A stretch of 64,000 nucleotides of DNA from an uncultured bacterium (GTDB lineage Bacteria; Oederibacteriota; PGYV01; CAWJRG01): assembly GCA_963845185.1 (NCBI GenBank), contig CAWJRG010000001.1, positions 256,001-320,000 on the forward strand. The letters are read 5' to 3'. Made by a program: the position numbers and the translations under genes. Positions 52,201-62,321 of this stretch are shown piece by piece (positions within the stretch are counted from its first letter, which is position 1; every line of letters begins with the position of its first letter). The notes under the pieces are model-generated. The model searched no databases, was not told the DNA's origin, and was given only the letters and a program-made list of their open reading frames with translations.

Positions 52201-52638
52201 GTAATAATTTACCACAGGCTGGCCGGCTATCAGTTCACTATCATTAAGCAAAAGGGTGTTTTGTGCATTGTTATTTGGATTTGGAACGTATGGAGCTGGT
52301 ATCTCCCATGTATGGCTTCCATCATAAACATACACATTGCCACTGCCGGTTGGGAAAGTTGCAGGTAAATCAGAACCGGACAACTGCAACCAAGAAGTAA
52401 CAGCTGTTGTTGTAACATAAACAACTGTTGTCACATCCGTGTATGTTTGAGTAACATTGAGCGGTACCATGGTCACATTGATATAAGAACCAATAATCGC
52501 TACTTGAGCACTCGGGGATATTTGGTAATCAAGGGAAGCTATTATATAATTCGCATTGCTGGTTTTCGTAAATGAAAAAAAACATAAAAGCACAAAGACC
52601 GCTGTAATAAAAACTTTTGTTTTTAGGATTCTATGCAA
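49228..52638 (-). CDS. Large secreted Ig-like/FlgD-domain protein
   Basis: Signal peptide; SPNPFNPN..WDG..DGLY internal FlgD-Ig; terminal WDGKNDAGSLVRNGIYVL..IAVIK. Confidence 0.7.
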   Translation of the reverse strand: MHRILKTKVFITAVFVLLCFFSFTKTSNANYIIASLDYQISPSAQVAIIGSYINVTMVPLNVTQTYTDVTTVVYVTTTAVTSWLQLSGSDLPATFPTGSGNVYVYDGSHTWEIPAPYVPNPNNNAQNTLLLNDSELIAGQPVVNYYNIQYANFTCVFAATVNSGGGNIIQATFDIGTAVTGNILTDTTVNGTDVYTTQFLVREAYQFNITNGSIIGHFSVNGNLASGDPFAAPRPISIDGVRPTIQLVNASPNPFNPNAGLLAISYYLSTNCNVSLNILLNGTTIKTLNASGMGGNNIPIEWDGLSNTGTLQADGLYQYAINFTDMYGNTGTTYTGNLIVTTVNMTMQVTSIDPIYSNTSYNEIGVIVSMQAQVNNATQANLQNLGFDIPNPGGSPGGGYTGYLDYRNYPFLLVSLKLYDSSGNLISTLPQDLSSNVDSDMWYLDPSSNPPFFISPSGLLSVTTIGQYNYMPLPTNPCSITSTVLYTVPDGNTGNDWDVVVNLQNASQGIFTGNFGMDYTWSSINPGTYIVAGSGILVGKTMVVYSNGIQSGTASCANGTTTTSSVTYTYLAYHMQPSFFWDASTGIIAGHQGYGLASNQSTASFIIEQNNNPPLPDNTPPSIVTNSEYPSNTESISPNVIGPSNYIKVTLNDTGVGAGSINYSSIVLYGPNGTQVPGQVSWNGGSGLKTWELYYIPSSSLTLGGTYSWIVTPVDANRNVGAPTTFTFSIVDTSIPVINAVSALSSAGQTTGLSSSTQTQVNYFVSSINAVILSGSSTNGAQVNWTSSSIQVINSSNQAIAGTLSHVSGTNILTFTPSVPLQDGNYDVIVTPDSVNNYSGAYQYKFFISTGSSGTVTYVDLSGTGNNTSTYMIISAVGAGNSGITDPSGNTVAANIITVSADASVPAPPAGYKQISTAVTFGGGGSSLPLNFNANLCTVTLVMHFTNSDISQLTSMGLDQSALSLWMYDGATWRKISNTGNIVNTGTDNYVQATLTGLTPPFNQIVANNVFAFMYVPPTTMQSTFHFQNTKVFDPNIGPAKIYLGISSIVNIQNVKCYLFNMAGTFVRTVEYTQNPALFSNFDTDPVAGTKNYYFSWDGKNDAGSLVRNGIYVLKMQITYTNGKSQNTARTIAVIK

Positions 52639-52831
52639 AATTGTGCTCCTCTTTTATGTTTTCACTTCAGTCAATATGAATAATATCATATTTTTTTTAA
52701 ATGTCAAGACAAAATAAATGTTAAGTTTTTTGTTTACTTATTGCTTTTTCATTCCTATATTTAATAAGGATTTTACGCTTTCGTTGCCTTTTTGATTTAA
52801 TTATCCTTTTTTTACCTTTGTTTTTAAAAGC

Positions 52832-52861
52832 AAACGGGCCGGTTATTGAACCGGCCCGTTA
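52832..52861 (-). terminator. Rho-independent terminator
   Basis: aacgggccggtt-attg-aaccggcccgtt hairpin. Confidence 0.75.
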
Positions 52862-52888
52862 TTAAAAATTTAATTTATCTAGTATAGT

Positions 52889-53530
52889 TTAAAAGTAATA
52901 CCTAACTACTAATGGAACAACTGAAAAATCCGGCAAAGCTACACTCAAGCCAATGCTTGTACTTGAACTGGTATTGCCGTTAACTGAAGTGCTGTTGGGA
53001 TTTATTATAAGCCCTGCTCCAAAGCTACTGCCTATACTAAAATCTTTGCTTATTGCAGTCAGGAATACTTCGCCTTCAAGCCAGCATCCAAGAATCACAT
53101 TAAATGAGCTCTGAGTTGCGTTAATCCCTGCAATAGTAGTACGCCCATTATTATAACCTAACCTAATGCCTGGATCCAGATTTAAATAAAATGAGCCTGC
53201 GTTATACATTGGAAATATAATGTTCATGCCGGCGTTAAAAGTAAATGATGATTGGTTTCCTGTTGTAAAGCCAAGCCCACCGGTGAATTCCATGCCCATG
53301 TTGTAATTTGGCCAAAACCTGAAATACACATTCCTATCTATTAAGTCGTACCCGAGTGCCAGCTTGTCCTTAAACGTGGTCTCTTTCTGCACCACCGCTT
53401 CTTTCTGTACTACTACTTCTGTTTGCACTGGTTTAACCTCATCTTTTTTAACATGTTTTTTCTTAGCGGCAGTAGTAAAACTAGCGAATAACAACAACGA
53501 CAAAACAATTACAGCAATTTTTTTAAACAT
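52889..53530 (-). CDS. Putative small outer-membrane beta-barrel
   Basis: Signal peptide, alternating beta strands, terminal VRYYF. Confidence 0.6.
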   Translation of the reverse strand: MFKKIAVIVLSLLLFASFTTAAKKKHVKKDEVKPVQTEVVVQKEAVVQKETTFKDKLALGYDLIDRNVYFRFWPNYNMGMEFTGGLGFTTGNQSSFTFNAGMNIIFPMYNAGSFYLNLDPGIRLGYNNGRTTIAGINATQSSFNVILGCWLEGEVFLTAISKDFSIGSSFGAGLIINPNSTSVNGNTSSSTSIGLSVALPDFSVVPLVVRYYF

Positions 53531-53531
53531 G

Positions 53532-55013
53532 CTATACCTCCTTTAAAAATTTTTTAAAAAACTGAATCAGCAGCCTTACCCCAATACCTGAAGCGCCTTC
53601 AGGTATATATGGTTTTTCTTTTACGCCATATGCAGTGCCGGCTATATCCAAATGTATCCACGGCGTGTTTCCCGCAAACTCTTTTAGAAACATACCTGCC
53701 GTTATTGTGCCTGCACCACCCCCTCCTGTGTTTTTAATATCGGCAACCTTGCTTTTAATCTGATGCATGTATTCGTCAAACAACGGCAACTGCCACACGC
53801 GTTCGCCTGTTTCCTTTCCTGCCTCCTCCATTGTTTTCATCAGCCTTTCGCTGTTGCCCATCATGCCTATTGTATAATGCCCCAGCGCTTCAACAACGGC
53901 TCCTGTCAATGTCGCTATGTCGATTATTGCCGCGGGCTTATATCGCAAAGAATATGTTATGGCGTCAGCCAGTATAAGCCTTCCCTCGGCATCGGTTGAG
54001 ATTACTTCTATTGTTTTACCCGCGAGCGATTTTAAAATATCACCCGGCTTATATGCCTTGCCCGACGGCAGGTTTTCCGTAGCCGGCATCAGGCCTACCA
54101 CGTTTACTTTTATTTTCAACTCAGCCAGCGATTTTATGACGGCAAGTGTAATCGCCGTCCCTGACATGTCGTATTGCATTCCTTCCATTTTATTGGAAGG
54201 CTTTATTGATATCCCGCCCGAATCAAAGGTGATGCCTTTTCCTACCAGAGCAATTGGTTTTTGCGTTTTAAGCCCGCCCCTGTACTCGAGGATTATGAAT
54301 TTCGCAGGCTCGTCCGAGCCTTTCGCAACCCCGTAAAAAGCGCCCATGCCGAGGTTCTTTATATCTTCCAGTTCCATAATTTTTAATTTTAAATCTTTAT
54401 GCCCTGCTGCTATTTGCTTTGCTGTTTTTGCCAGGTATGACGGCGTTGCTTTATTTCCCGGCGCATTCATCATGTCCCTGGCGAAAAATACATTTCCCAT
54501 TATGGTTTTAATCTCGTTTATTTCATTGTTAAAATTTTTATTGTTTTTGACAAATATAAATTCTTTTAATATTTTTGGCTTTTTGTCGGTTTTATATTCG
54601 TCGTAGGAATAGTCCGCTAACAGGACGCCCTCAATCTGGGCTTTATCGATCTCGCCGCCTTTTTCCCACGATGCCATGGCAAAACTTTTAGCGTCTGAAT
54701 TTTTCATGTAGTTTAAGATGTCGCCAGCAGCTTCCCTTATTTTTTCTGCATTTATGTCTTTTACGCTGCCCAAGCCGATAAATATAATCTTTTTGATAGC
54801 GCCTTTGTAGGAAAATGCGTGTACAGACTTTTTCCCTCGGTCAAAAGCTATAACGCCTTTTTCAAAAATATTCTTTATTGTCTTTTCAAGGCCGTCGCTG
54901 CCCATGGTCCCGACTTCAAACTGGTCTTTTTTATCGCCAAAAACAGGCACCACGCAGATTTCCGCCTCTGTATCAAATAACTTTTTGTTAATAACCTTTA
55001 TTTCCACTTTCAC
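53532..55013 (-). CDS. pepA: Leucyl aminopeptidase (M17)
   Basis: VGKGITFDSGG, STDAEGRLILADA, WIHLDIAG. Confidence 0.95.
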   Translation of the reverse strand: MKVEIKVINKKLFDTEAEICVVPVFGDKKDQFEVGTMGSDGLEKTIKNIFEKGVIAFDRGKKSVHAFSYKGAIKKIIFIGLGSVKDINAEKIREAAGDILNYMKNSDAKSFAMASWEKGGEIDKAQIEGVLLADYSYDEYKTDKKPKILKEFIFVKNNKNFNNEINEIKTIMGNVFFARDMMNAPGNKATPSYLAKTAKQIAAGHKDLKLKIMELEDIKNLGMGAFYGVAKGSDEPAKFIILEYRGGLKTQKPIALVGKGITFDSGGISIKPSNKMEGMQYDMSGTAITLAVIKSLAELKIKVNVVGLMPATENLPSGKAYKPGDILKSLAGKTIEVISTDAEGRLILADAITYSLRYKPAAIIDIATLTGAVVEALGHYTIGMMGNSERLMKTMEEAGKETGERVWQLPLFDEYMHQIKSKVADIKNTGGGGAGTITAGMFLKEFAGNTPWIHLDIAGTAYGVKEKPYIPEGASGIGVRLLIQFFKKFLKEV

Positions 55014-55017
55014 CGCC

Positions 55018-55695
55018 TTACACGAACTGAGTTAAAAAACTAATCGTGTTATTATTTATAAATTCATCAGTCAGGTTCAAATTGCTGTTTATCGTATTAT
55101 TCCCCGATTTTAAATCAATCGGCTGCGGAAAATTTGCTTTGTCTTCAACAAAAAGTGTTTTGTAATCTTCCATGGAGGATTCGATTTTTATTTCGTGCGA
55201 AGTTGTATCTTCGGGAACCGGTGGAAAAAAAATCCTGCACCCCATCATATGAATCGGCCTGTTAAAGGTTTTAAAATTTTCATCCTTAAATTTAAAAACT
55301 TTTTTAATCAAAAAATCTCTCGAGTCGTCTATGCCTTTTATATTGATGAGTTTTCTTATTGTCACGCCGTGCATCAGGAATAACGGCATGCCCGTAGCTT
55401 TTGCAAAAATTTCAACGAAATCTTTTATCAGGCCGGAGTAATACGCGATGCTGCTCGTGCAGTATTCGTAAGAAATAAACAGCCTGTCTTTCATTATTTT
55501 ATATAACGCGTGGTCTGAATGTTCTTCTTTTGAACCCGTCATTTGTATTGTCGTGTCGGGAAGCGATATGTAAGAACGGATGAAATGCCCTTCGGATATT
55601 TTATCAAATATCTCCCTGTATTTTTTATCCTCTATATGCGTAGGTAAAAAAACAAGCTCTGTTACTACCGAAAGCAAGCGCGTAGAAATATCCAA
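55018..55695 (-). CDS. Hypothetical protein
   Basis: Long ORF; likely TTG start at 55695 after AAAGGAGG; adjacent to pepA. Confidence 0.6.
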   Translation of the reverse strand: MDISTRLLSVVTELVFLPTHIEDKKYREIFDKISEGHFIRSYISLPDTTIQMTGSKEEHSDHALYKIMKDRLFISYEYCTSSIAYYSGLIKDFVEIFAKATGMPLFLMHGVTIRKLINIKGIDDSRDFLIKKVFKFKDENFKTFNRPIHMMGCRIFFPPVPEDTTSHEIKIESSMEDYKTLFVEDKANFPQPIDLKSGNNTINSNLNLTDEFINNNTISFLTQFV

Positions 55696-56033
55696 AATTG
55701 CCTCCTTTAATGGCAAAAAATACTAGCTTATACTGGGTTGTTTTATTTCTGTCCTGAACTAAAATTTCACACCCAACACAATCTCGCTAAAGCGGCATAT
55801 ATCGTCCACGGTTATTTGTGGTATCTTATACTGGTTTTTCCGTTAATCAATATATTTTCATAATAACATAAATTAATTGTTTGTAAAGGATTTTCATTGC
55901 GGGCAATATTGCCTTCCTCAAAAGAGGCATAAATCGGTTTTTTCAGCAGTTTTTGCAGATAAAATCATACAAAAACAGTTTATTTTTATTTATTATGGTT
56001 AAAACAGGCGTGGGGACAAGATTTATTTTATTT

Positions 56034-56225
56034 TTAGCTGAACTTTGATTGCTTAATTTCTATTATACTGCCCATATTGCTATATTGATGGCCCTTTTTT
56101 ACCCCGCCTTTATTTTTCGCTATATTTATCGCATCAAGTATACTTTTAGCTTCTATATATATTTTTTTCTCGTTATATTTTCCTGCTCCAATGTGTCCTT
56201 CTTTTACTATACATTCAAAATTCAT
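56034..56225 (-). CDS. Small basic hypothetical protein (63 aa)
   Basis: RBS GGAGG; sigma-54 promoter upstream. Confidence 0.6.
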   Translation of the reverse strand: MNFECIVKEGHIGAGKYNEKKIYIEAKSILDAINIAKNKGGVKKGHQYSNMGSIIEIKQSKFS

Positions 56226-56262
56226 AACCTAACCTCCATATTACTAATCAAACATAATAAAA

Positions 56263-56357
56263 GCAAGATTTATACCAGTATTGTCCCCCTTTATTTTTAA
56301 AGCATTTCCTTAATTATCCATCGCAATTGTGTTAACCACGGTTAACAATATGTTAAC
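56263..56357 (-). promoter_or_regulatory. Sigma-54 promoter plus candidate upstream activator sites
   Basis: Minus strand TGGTATAAATCTTGC (GG-N10-GC) at 56263-56277; GTTAAC at 56331, 56341 and 56352. Confidence 0.65.
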
Positions 56358-56402
56358 TAAGACCGCCAATCACTTTTAAGCTCGCTATTTGGAATAAATA
56401 AA

Positions 56403-58226
56403 TTACTTGATCCCTAATTTGGTCATTTTTTTCCATAAAGCAACTCTGCTTATTCCTAAAAACTTTGCCGCTTTTGTTTTTGAGTAATTTACACTTTTCA
56501 AAACTTCAATTATTTTCCCCTTTTCAGTGTCGTTTGCCCCGGCTTTATTCGGCTTATACTGCAATATCTCTTCGGGCAGGTATTCTAATTTTACCTCTTC
56601 GTCATCATAAAGCGTCATGATCCTTTCAACTACATTTTCAAGCTGCCTCACATTACCCGGCCAGGAATATTTATAAAATGCCTCCAGCGCATCGTCTAAA
56701 AAACTTTGGAAATTTTTCCCATATTTTTCATTGAATTTTTTTAAAAAATGCTGCGCCAGTATTATTACATCTTTTCCCCTCTCTCGCAAAGGCGGCATGA
56801 AAACAGGCAATACATAAAGCCTGTAATATAAATCCTCCCTGAATTGTCCCTCGTCAACAAGCTTTTTTATATCCTTGTTTGTAGCGGCTATTATCCTCAC
56901 GTCGACTTTTTTTGTTTCTGTGCCGCCGACCCGTTCAAATTCCTTTTGTTGAACAAAACGCAAGAGTTTAACCTGCATGCCCTGGGTTATATCGCCTATC
57001 TCGTCAAGGAATACTGTCCCTTTATCTGCAAGTTCAAACCTTCCCGGCTTTGCGTTTACAGCACCGGTGAAAGCTCCTTTTTCATAACCGAATAATTCCG
57101 ACTCCAAAAGAGTCTCAGGCAAAGCTCCGCAGTTAACCACAATAAAAGGTTTCTCATCCCTCTTGCTTAACTGGTGTATTGCCCTGGCAACAAGTTCTTT
57201 GCCGGTGCCGTTTTCCCCCTGGATTAATACTGTTGTATCAGTGCTGGCGGTCTTTATTATTATTTCTTTAACCTTTTTCATTTTATCCGACTCGCCTATA
57301 AAATCAATATTTATCTCACCTAGCATTTCCTTTTTTGCCACGTTCATTATGGAGCGCGAAAGGTTAAAAACAATATCCACTCCCCTTTCATATTTTAAAA
57401 ATTCTTTGTAGTCATCTTTTACTTTGTCCTGCAACCCGCTTCTAACATATATTATGCCCAAATTATGTATGGCATCCTGATTGTCCGAGTTCAATATGAT
57501 TGCCTTTTTAAACATATTTATCGCTTCTTCAATAAGCCCTTTACGGAAGAAACAAAGCCCAATATCATTGTAAAGATATGATTTTCTAAAATAGTCGCGG
57601 CTGTTATTTATCGCTTTCTGGTAATATTTCATTGCCTCGTCGTAATTATCCTGCTTAAAATATATATCACCCAGATTTGCATTCGCAAGCTCGTTTCCCG
57701 CGTCGCTCTCCGTCACGTTTTTAAAATACTTTATTGAATTTTCTATTTTATCCAGACTTTTATATAAAACGCCGAGATAAAGGTATATGTCTATAAAAAA
57801 AACTTTTTTATTGCTGTACCTTTCGGAGTAAATCATGCTTTTTTTAAAATCAATATCCTGTTTTAATATTGCTTCCATGTATTTTATGGCTTCGCCAAAT
57901 TCGTTCCCGTTTAAATGTATAAGCGCAAGGTTAAAGTTTGCGTCCCATTCCCTTTTTTCATTTTTAATTTTCAGGTACGCTTCCTTCGCGTCATTATAAT
58001 TGCCTGTAATAAAATTCGCATCGCCCCTTATTTTATTTATCAGGTTTTTATCCCCGGCTTCGTTGCCTATATTTTTAAGTTTGTTCAATATAATACTGTA
58101 TCTTTTATTTTTAAAATCATTTGTTATATCGGCAACAACATTTTTGCCATTTTCCACTTTAGCCCCGCACTCTTTGCAGTATTTCGTGTCATCATTTACT
58201 TTTTTTCCGCAGTTTTCACAGTACAT
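56403..58226 (-). CDS. Sigma-54-dependent activator with zinc ribbon, TPR repeats, AAA+ and Fis HTH
   Basis: CENCG..CKECG; TPRs; [41 protein letters not shown]. Confidence 0.9.
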   Translation of the reverse strand: MYCENCGKKVNDDTKYCKECGAKVENGKNVVADITNDFKNKRYSIILNKLKNIGNEAGDKNLINKIRGDANFITGNYNDAKEAYLKIKNEKREWDANFNLALIHLNGNEFGEAIKYMEAILKQDIDFKKSMIYSERYSNKKVFFIDIYLYLGVLYKSLDKIENSIKYFKNVTESDAGNELANANLGDIYFKQDNYDEAMKYYQKAINNSRDYFRKSYLYNDIGLCFFRKGLIEEAINMFKKAIILNSDNQDAIHNLGIIYVRSGLQDKVKDDYKEFLKYERGVDIVFNLSRSIMNVAKKEMLGEINIDFIGESDKMKKVKEIIIKTASTDTTVLIQGENGTGKELVARAIHQLSKRDEKPFIVVNCGALPETLLESELFGYEKGAFTGAVNAKPGRFELADKGTVFLDEIGDITQGMQVKLLRFVQQKEFERVGGTETKKVDVRIIAATNKDIKKLVDEGQFREDLYYRLYVLPVFMPPLRERGKDVIILAQHFLKKFNEKYGKNFQSFLDDALEAFYKYSWPGNVRQLENVVERIMTLYDDEEVKLEYLPEEILQYKPNKAGANDTEKGKIIEVLKSVNYSKTKAAKFLGISRVALWKKMTKLGIK

Positions 58227-58227
58227 T

Positions 58228-58680
58228 TTATCTTCCCTTTTTTAATTTCTCTTCTTTTATCCAGCGCACGCGCTGTTCGGCAATTCCTGCAATTTTGGGA
58301 TTGTCTTTGTATTTGGGGATTAATTGTTCATAAATTTCAGCCGCTTCCTGCCATTTTTCCTCTTTTTCTTTGTCGTAACCATTCCTGAATTCCTTTTCAA
58401 ATTCAACAAGTTTTTTTCTTTCCTCTTCTACAATATGCGTGGTAAAAAGGTGACCAAGTTCCGTAAAAAATGATATAAGAAGTATATTAACAAAATAAAT
58501 AGGAAAAATACCGGCAAGTAATAGGCTTAATACGGTAAGTAATCCCCATTCTTCCTTTTTCAGGAGGGTTTTGGGCACATTGATAAATTGGTCTTTATTC
58601 TTTAGGTTATTTATTATGCTTTCTATATCTGTATACTTTAATTCTTGTTCTTTAGTTTTTTCTTCTTTTCTACTGACCAT
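58228..58680 (-). CDS. Hypothetical membrane protein
   Basis: 150 aa ORF in operon, TM hairpin and TPR-like tail. Confidence 0.55.
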   Translation of the reverse strand: MVSRKEEKTKEQELKYTDIESIINNLKNKDQFINVPKTLLKKEEWGLLTVLSLLLAGIFPIYFVNILLISFFTELGHLFTTHIVEEERKKLVEFEKEFRNGYDKEKEEKWQEAAEIYEQLIPKYKDNPKIAGIAEQRVRWIKEEKLKKGR

Positions 58681-58693
58681 AAATCGAACTCCT

Positions 58694-59758
58694 TTACATA
58701 TACTTTCCGAAAATATTATACATTAAATCATCTTTGATAGGAATATGTATTTTTTCTTTAGCTTTTATTTTAAGGTAAAATTCGTATAATGCGTGCAATT
58801 CAGCTTTTTTTATTCCGAAATTCGAGAATCTTTTAGGAATGTCAATTATTTCAAAAATAGATTCGATCTCCGCGAGATTCTTTTTATTTTTAAGCAATGA
58901 TTCCTGGATAATCAGTCCCATTGCCACATGCTCGCCGTGTAAAAATTGTCGCGATGCGGATATCGAAGTCATAGCGTATGATATTGCGTGCGCTACAGAA
59001 GATGTAACTGAATATCTGCCGAGTGTTGATACCATACCTGATAATACTATATTTATATCCGCAATTTCCTTTTTAACAAGTCCGTCTGCTTTTATCCACT
59101 TTTTTAACAATATTGATTTAAGCCTTTTATATAAAAATTTTGCCATATCATAAACTACTTCATCCATTAATCGTAACTTTTTTTCATATTTTCTAAAAGC
59201 CACAATCTCATAATATTTAGCAAGTGTGTCCGCCACGCCAGCCGCAAAAAAAGCAGCGGGTACTTTGTTGAATATTTCGTAATCAATTAAAAGATAATCC
59301 GCGGTAGGCACGTCAATGGTATCCATATAAGAATGATTTTCATTATAAACAACGCTAACAGCTGTAAAAGCTGCGCATGTGGCGCATGATGTCGGGACAA
59401 GGATTAATTTAATATTTTCGAATCCGCTTTTTATTATCTTGGCAATATCCATGGTTTTGCCTCCGCCCATGGCCATTATCTGTTTTATGCCCTTCTCAGT
59501 AACTATTTTTTTTATCCTATAAATTTCAGATGGGCATACTTCTCCTTTAAAAAGAACTTCGTTTATTTCGTTAGAGATTTTACAGCCGTAGGTTTTCATT
59601 ATGTATGAATCGGCTATTAGAACGGCTTCTTGCGGATTTGTAATGATTTTATTTATTTCCCCTAGTATCCCGTCGCCCTTAATGATTTTAAAGGGTGATA
59701 AAAAATATTCTTCATATTCTGGCGTAAATGAAATATTTCTTAAATGAAAATATTTCAT
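58694..59758 (-). CDS. Glycerol dehydrogenase-like (iron-containing ADH/DHQS superfamily)
   Basis: MGGGKTMDIAK, VPTSCATCA, GVADTLAKYYE, AHA, LHGEHVA. Confidence 0.75.
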   Translation of the reverse strand: MKYFHLRNISFTPEYEEYFLSPFKIIKGDGILGEINKIITNPQEAVLIADSYIMKTYGCKISNEINEVLFKGEVCPSEIYRIKKIVTEKGIKQIMAMGGGKTMDIAKIIKSGFENIKLILVPTSCATCAAFTAVSVVYNENHSYMDTIDVPTADYLLIDYEIFNKVPAAFFAAGVADTLAKYYEIVAFRKYEKKLRLMDEVVYDMAKFLYKRLKSILLKKWIKADGLVKKEIADINIVLSGMVSTLGRYSVTSSVAHAISYAMTSISASRQFLHGEHVAMGLIIQESLLKNKKNLAEIESIFEIIDIPKRFSNFGIKKAELHALYEFYLKIKAKEKIHIPIKDDLMYNIFGKYM

Positions 59759-61878
59759 TTGCCTTTATCGTTACCTTGCTCCCTTAATGCTTCTTTTCGT
59801 GAAAGCTGTATCCTGTTGTTTTTCTCGTCAATGCCGAGTACTTTTACCATGACTTCGTCGCCTTCTTTTAAATAATCCGTTACCTCTTTTACACGCTCTT
59901 CTGCTATCTGCGATATATGCACCATTCCGTCAACTCCCGGCATTATTTCAACAATTGCTCCAAAATTAAGTATACGCGTGACTTTGCCCATATAAATTTT
60001 TCCTACTTCCGCCGTAGCTGTCGCTTCCTTTATAAGCTCAATTGTCTGCTCCATCACTTTGCCGTCGGAAGCAAAAATCCTGACTGTACCGTCCTGCTCT
60101 ATGTCGATTTTCGCGCCTGTCTGCTCTACTATCCTTTTTATATTCTTTCCGCCTGGCCCAATTAAATCCTTTATGCGCTCCTTATTTATAGGGAATATTG
60201 TCATTTTGGGCGCATAAGGGGATAATTCTTTTCTTGGTTCTGCAATTGCTGTTTTCATTTTATCAAGAATAAACAATCTCGCATCTTTTGCTTTGGCAAG
60301 CGCATGTTTCATTATTTCAATAGATAATCCCTTTATTTTTATATCCATCTGTATCGCGGTTATGCCGTCTCTTGTCCCGGCGATTTTAAAATCCATGTCC
60401 CCAAAATGGTCCTCTAATCCCTGTATGTCGGTGAGTATAATAAAATTTTCGTCTTCTTTAATTAGGCCCATTGCAATACCAGCTACAGGCTTAGTAATAG
60501 GTACGCCCGCATCCATAAGCGACAACGTCCCGCCGCATACCGAAGCCATTGAGGATGAGCCGTTTGACTCAAGAATATCCGAAACTACCTGGATTGTATA
60601 TGGAAACGTTTCCTTTGAAGGTATAACGCATCTTAAAGCCCTCTCTGCAAGGACTCCATGTCCAACCTCGCGCCTGCCAGGACCTCGCAAAGGTTTCACC
60701 TCACCCACTGAAAATGGTGGAAAATTGTATTGAAGCATGTAATGTTTCAATGATTCGCCTTCAAGTTCATCAAGCATCTGCGCGTCTTCCTCCGAGCCCA
60801 GTGTTGTAGCCACAAGCGCCTGAGTCTGTCCCCTTGTAAATAAGGCCGAACCGTGTACACGCGGAAGTACGCCCACCTCGCAGGTAATTGGCCTTATCTC
60901 ATCAAATTTTCTTTCATCAAGCCTAATACGTTCCTTGTTGATTTTGTCCCTTACAATCTTTACTTCTATTTCCTCAATCACCATATTTATGTCTTTTTCT
61001 TTTTCTTCGTATGCTTCCTCGCCTAAATCTTGTTTCATTTTTTCGTCTATATCTTTCTTTATCAAGTCTATACTTTCCTGCCTTTTAATTTTATCTTTAA
61101 TCTTATATGCTTCTTCAAATTTTATTCTTGTTAGCGATTCCACTTTCTCCTTTACTGTCTTATCGACCTGATGTAATACAACTTCCATTTTTGGTTTGCC
61201 GCATTTTGTCTTGAATTTTTCAATGAAAGCTGTTATTTTTTTTATTTCCTCATGCGCAAGCACAATTATTTCCGCCATTTCCTCTTCTGATATTTCCTTT
61301 GCTTCTCCCTCTATCATGGCCACGGCGTCTTTTGTGCCTGCTACTACTATATTTAAATCGCCGTTGTCTATTTCGTCATTTGTTGGATTGACTATTAGTT
61401 GACTACCGCATTTGCCTATTCTTACCGCGGCAAGAGGGCCGTCAAAAGGTATGGAAGATATATCAATGGCGACAGCCGAACCTATTATGCCCAATATATC
61501 CGGGCTGTTCTGCATATCGGCAGAAAGTACGGTGGTTATAATCTGCACTTCGTTTAAAAAGCCTTCAGGAAATAAAGGCCTTATTGGCCTGTCTATAAGC
61601 CTAGACGTCAGGGTCTCTTTTTCCCTCGGTTTTCCCTCGCGTTTAAAAAAACCACCTGGTATTTTTCCCGATGCGTAAAATTTTTCCCTATATTCCACGG
61701 TAAGCGGAAAAAAATCAGTGCCTTCTTTCGGTTCCTTTGATGCACATGCTGTAGCAAGAATCATTGTTTCGCCGCAGCTTACGACAACCGCGCCGTCTGC
61801 CTGTTTCGCCAGTTTCCCTGTTTCAAATACCAGTTTTTTTCCTGCTATTATTATTTCTTCTTTGACGTATTTGTCCAT
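59755..61878 (-). CDS. pnp: Polyribonucleotide nucleotidyltransferase
   Basis: FFPLTVEY, SRLIDRPIRP, ESNGSSSMAS, GDMDFK, KH and S1 domains. Confidence 0.98.
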   Translation of the reverse strand: MDKYVKEEIIIAGKKLVFETGKLAKQADGAVVVSCGETMILATACASKEPKEGTDFFPLTVEYREKFYASGKIPGGFFKREGKPREKETLTSRLIDRPIRPLFPEGFLNEVQIITTVLSADMQNSPDILGIIGSAVAIDISSIPFDGPLAAVRIGKCGSQLIVNPTNDEIDNGDLNIVVAGTKDAVAMIEGEAKEISEEEMAEIIVLAHEEIKKITAFIEKFKTKCGKPKMEVVLHQVDKTVKEKVESLTRIKFEEAYKIKDKIKRQESIDLIKKDIDEKMKQDLGEEAYEEKEKDINMVIEEIEVKIVRDKINKERIRLDERKFDEIRPITCEVGVLPRVHGSALFTRGQTQALVATTLGSEEDAQMLDELEGESLKHYMLQYNFPPFSVGEVKPLRGPGRREVGHGVLAERALRCVIPSKETFPYTIQVVSDILESNGSSSMASVCGGTLSLMDAGVPITKPVAGIAMGLIKEDENFIILTDIQGLEDHFGDMDFKIAGTRDGITAIQMDIKIKGLSIEIMKHALAKAKDARLFILDKMKTAIAEPRKELSPYAPKMTIFPINKERIKDLIGPGGKNIKRIVEQTGAKIDIEQDGTVRIFASDGKVMEQTIELIKEATATAEVGKIYMGKVTRILNFGAIVEIMPGVDGMVHISQIAEERVKEVTDYLKEGDEVMVKVLGIDEKNNRIQLSRKEALREQGNDKGK

Positions 61879-61881
61879 TAT

Positions 61882-62151
61882 CTATTTTCTAATCTTCAGT
61901 TTGTCGATAAGTTTCTGATACCTGTCGTAATCGCTTGCTTTTACGTATTCAAGCAGGCGTCTTCTCCTGCTGACCATTCTGAAAAGCCCCTGGCGTGAGC
62001 TTGAATCCTTTTTATTTTTTTTCAGATGTTCTGTCAGGTAGTTTATTCTTTCCGTCAGTAAGGCGACCTGTACTTCAGGCGAACCTGTATCTTTTTCGTG
62101 CGTCTTGAAATTTCCGATCAATTCGGTCTTCCTTTCTTTCACTAAAGCCAT
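61882..62151 (-). CDS. rpsO: 30S ribosomal protein S15
   Basis: [21 protein letters not shown]; upstream of pnp. Confidence 0.98.
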   Translation of the reverse strand: MALVKERKTELIGNFKTHEKDTGSPEVQVALLTERINYLTEHLKKNKKDSSSRQGLFRMVSRRRRLLEYVKASDYDRYQKLIDKLKIRK

Positions 62152-62169
62152 TTTCTTGCTCCTTTCATT

Positions 62170-62242
62170 GATTTAAAATAAATCTGCCGGAGTCACGTCG
62201 GCTATTCTGATAACCCCAGCTAAGATTTTAAGGCAGAACTCA
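62170..62242 (-). promoter_or_regulatory. Probable S15 autoregulatory leader
   Basis: Structured UTR with TAGCTGGGG..GCCGACG..CTCCGGC, resembling S15 leaders containing CCGACG. Confidence 0.45.
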
Positions 62243-62321
62243 CAATAGCATAATTAAAAATGTTTGTAAAGTATTTTTGTTTGTCTTATTGCTTCGTTTT
62301 TCCAGACAAATAAACTGCCAT

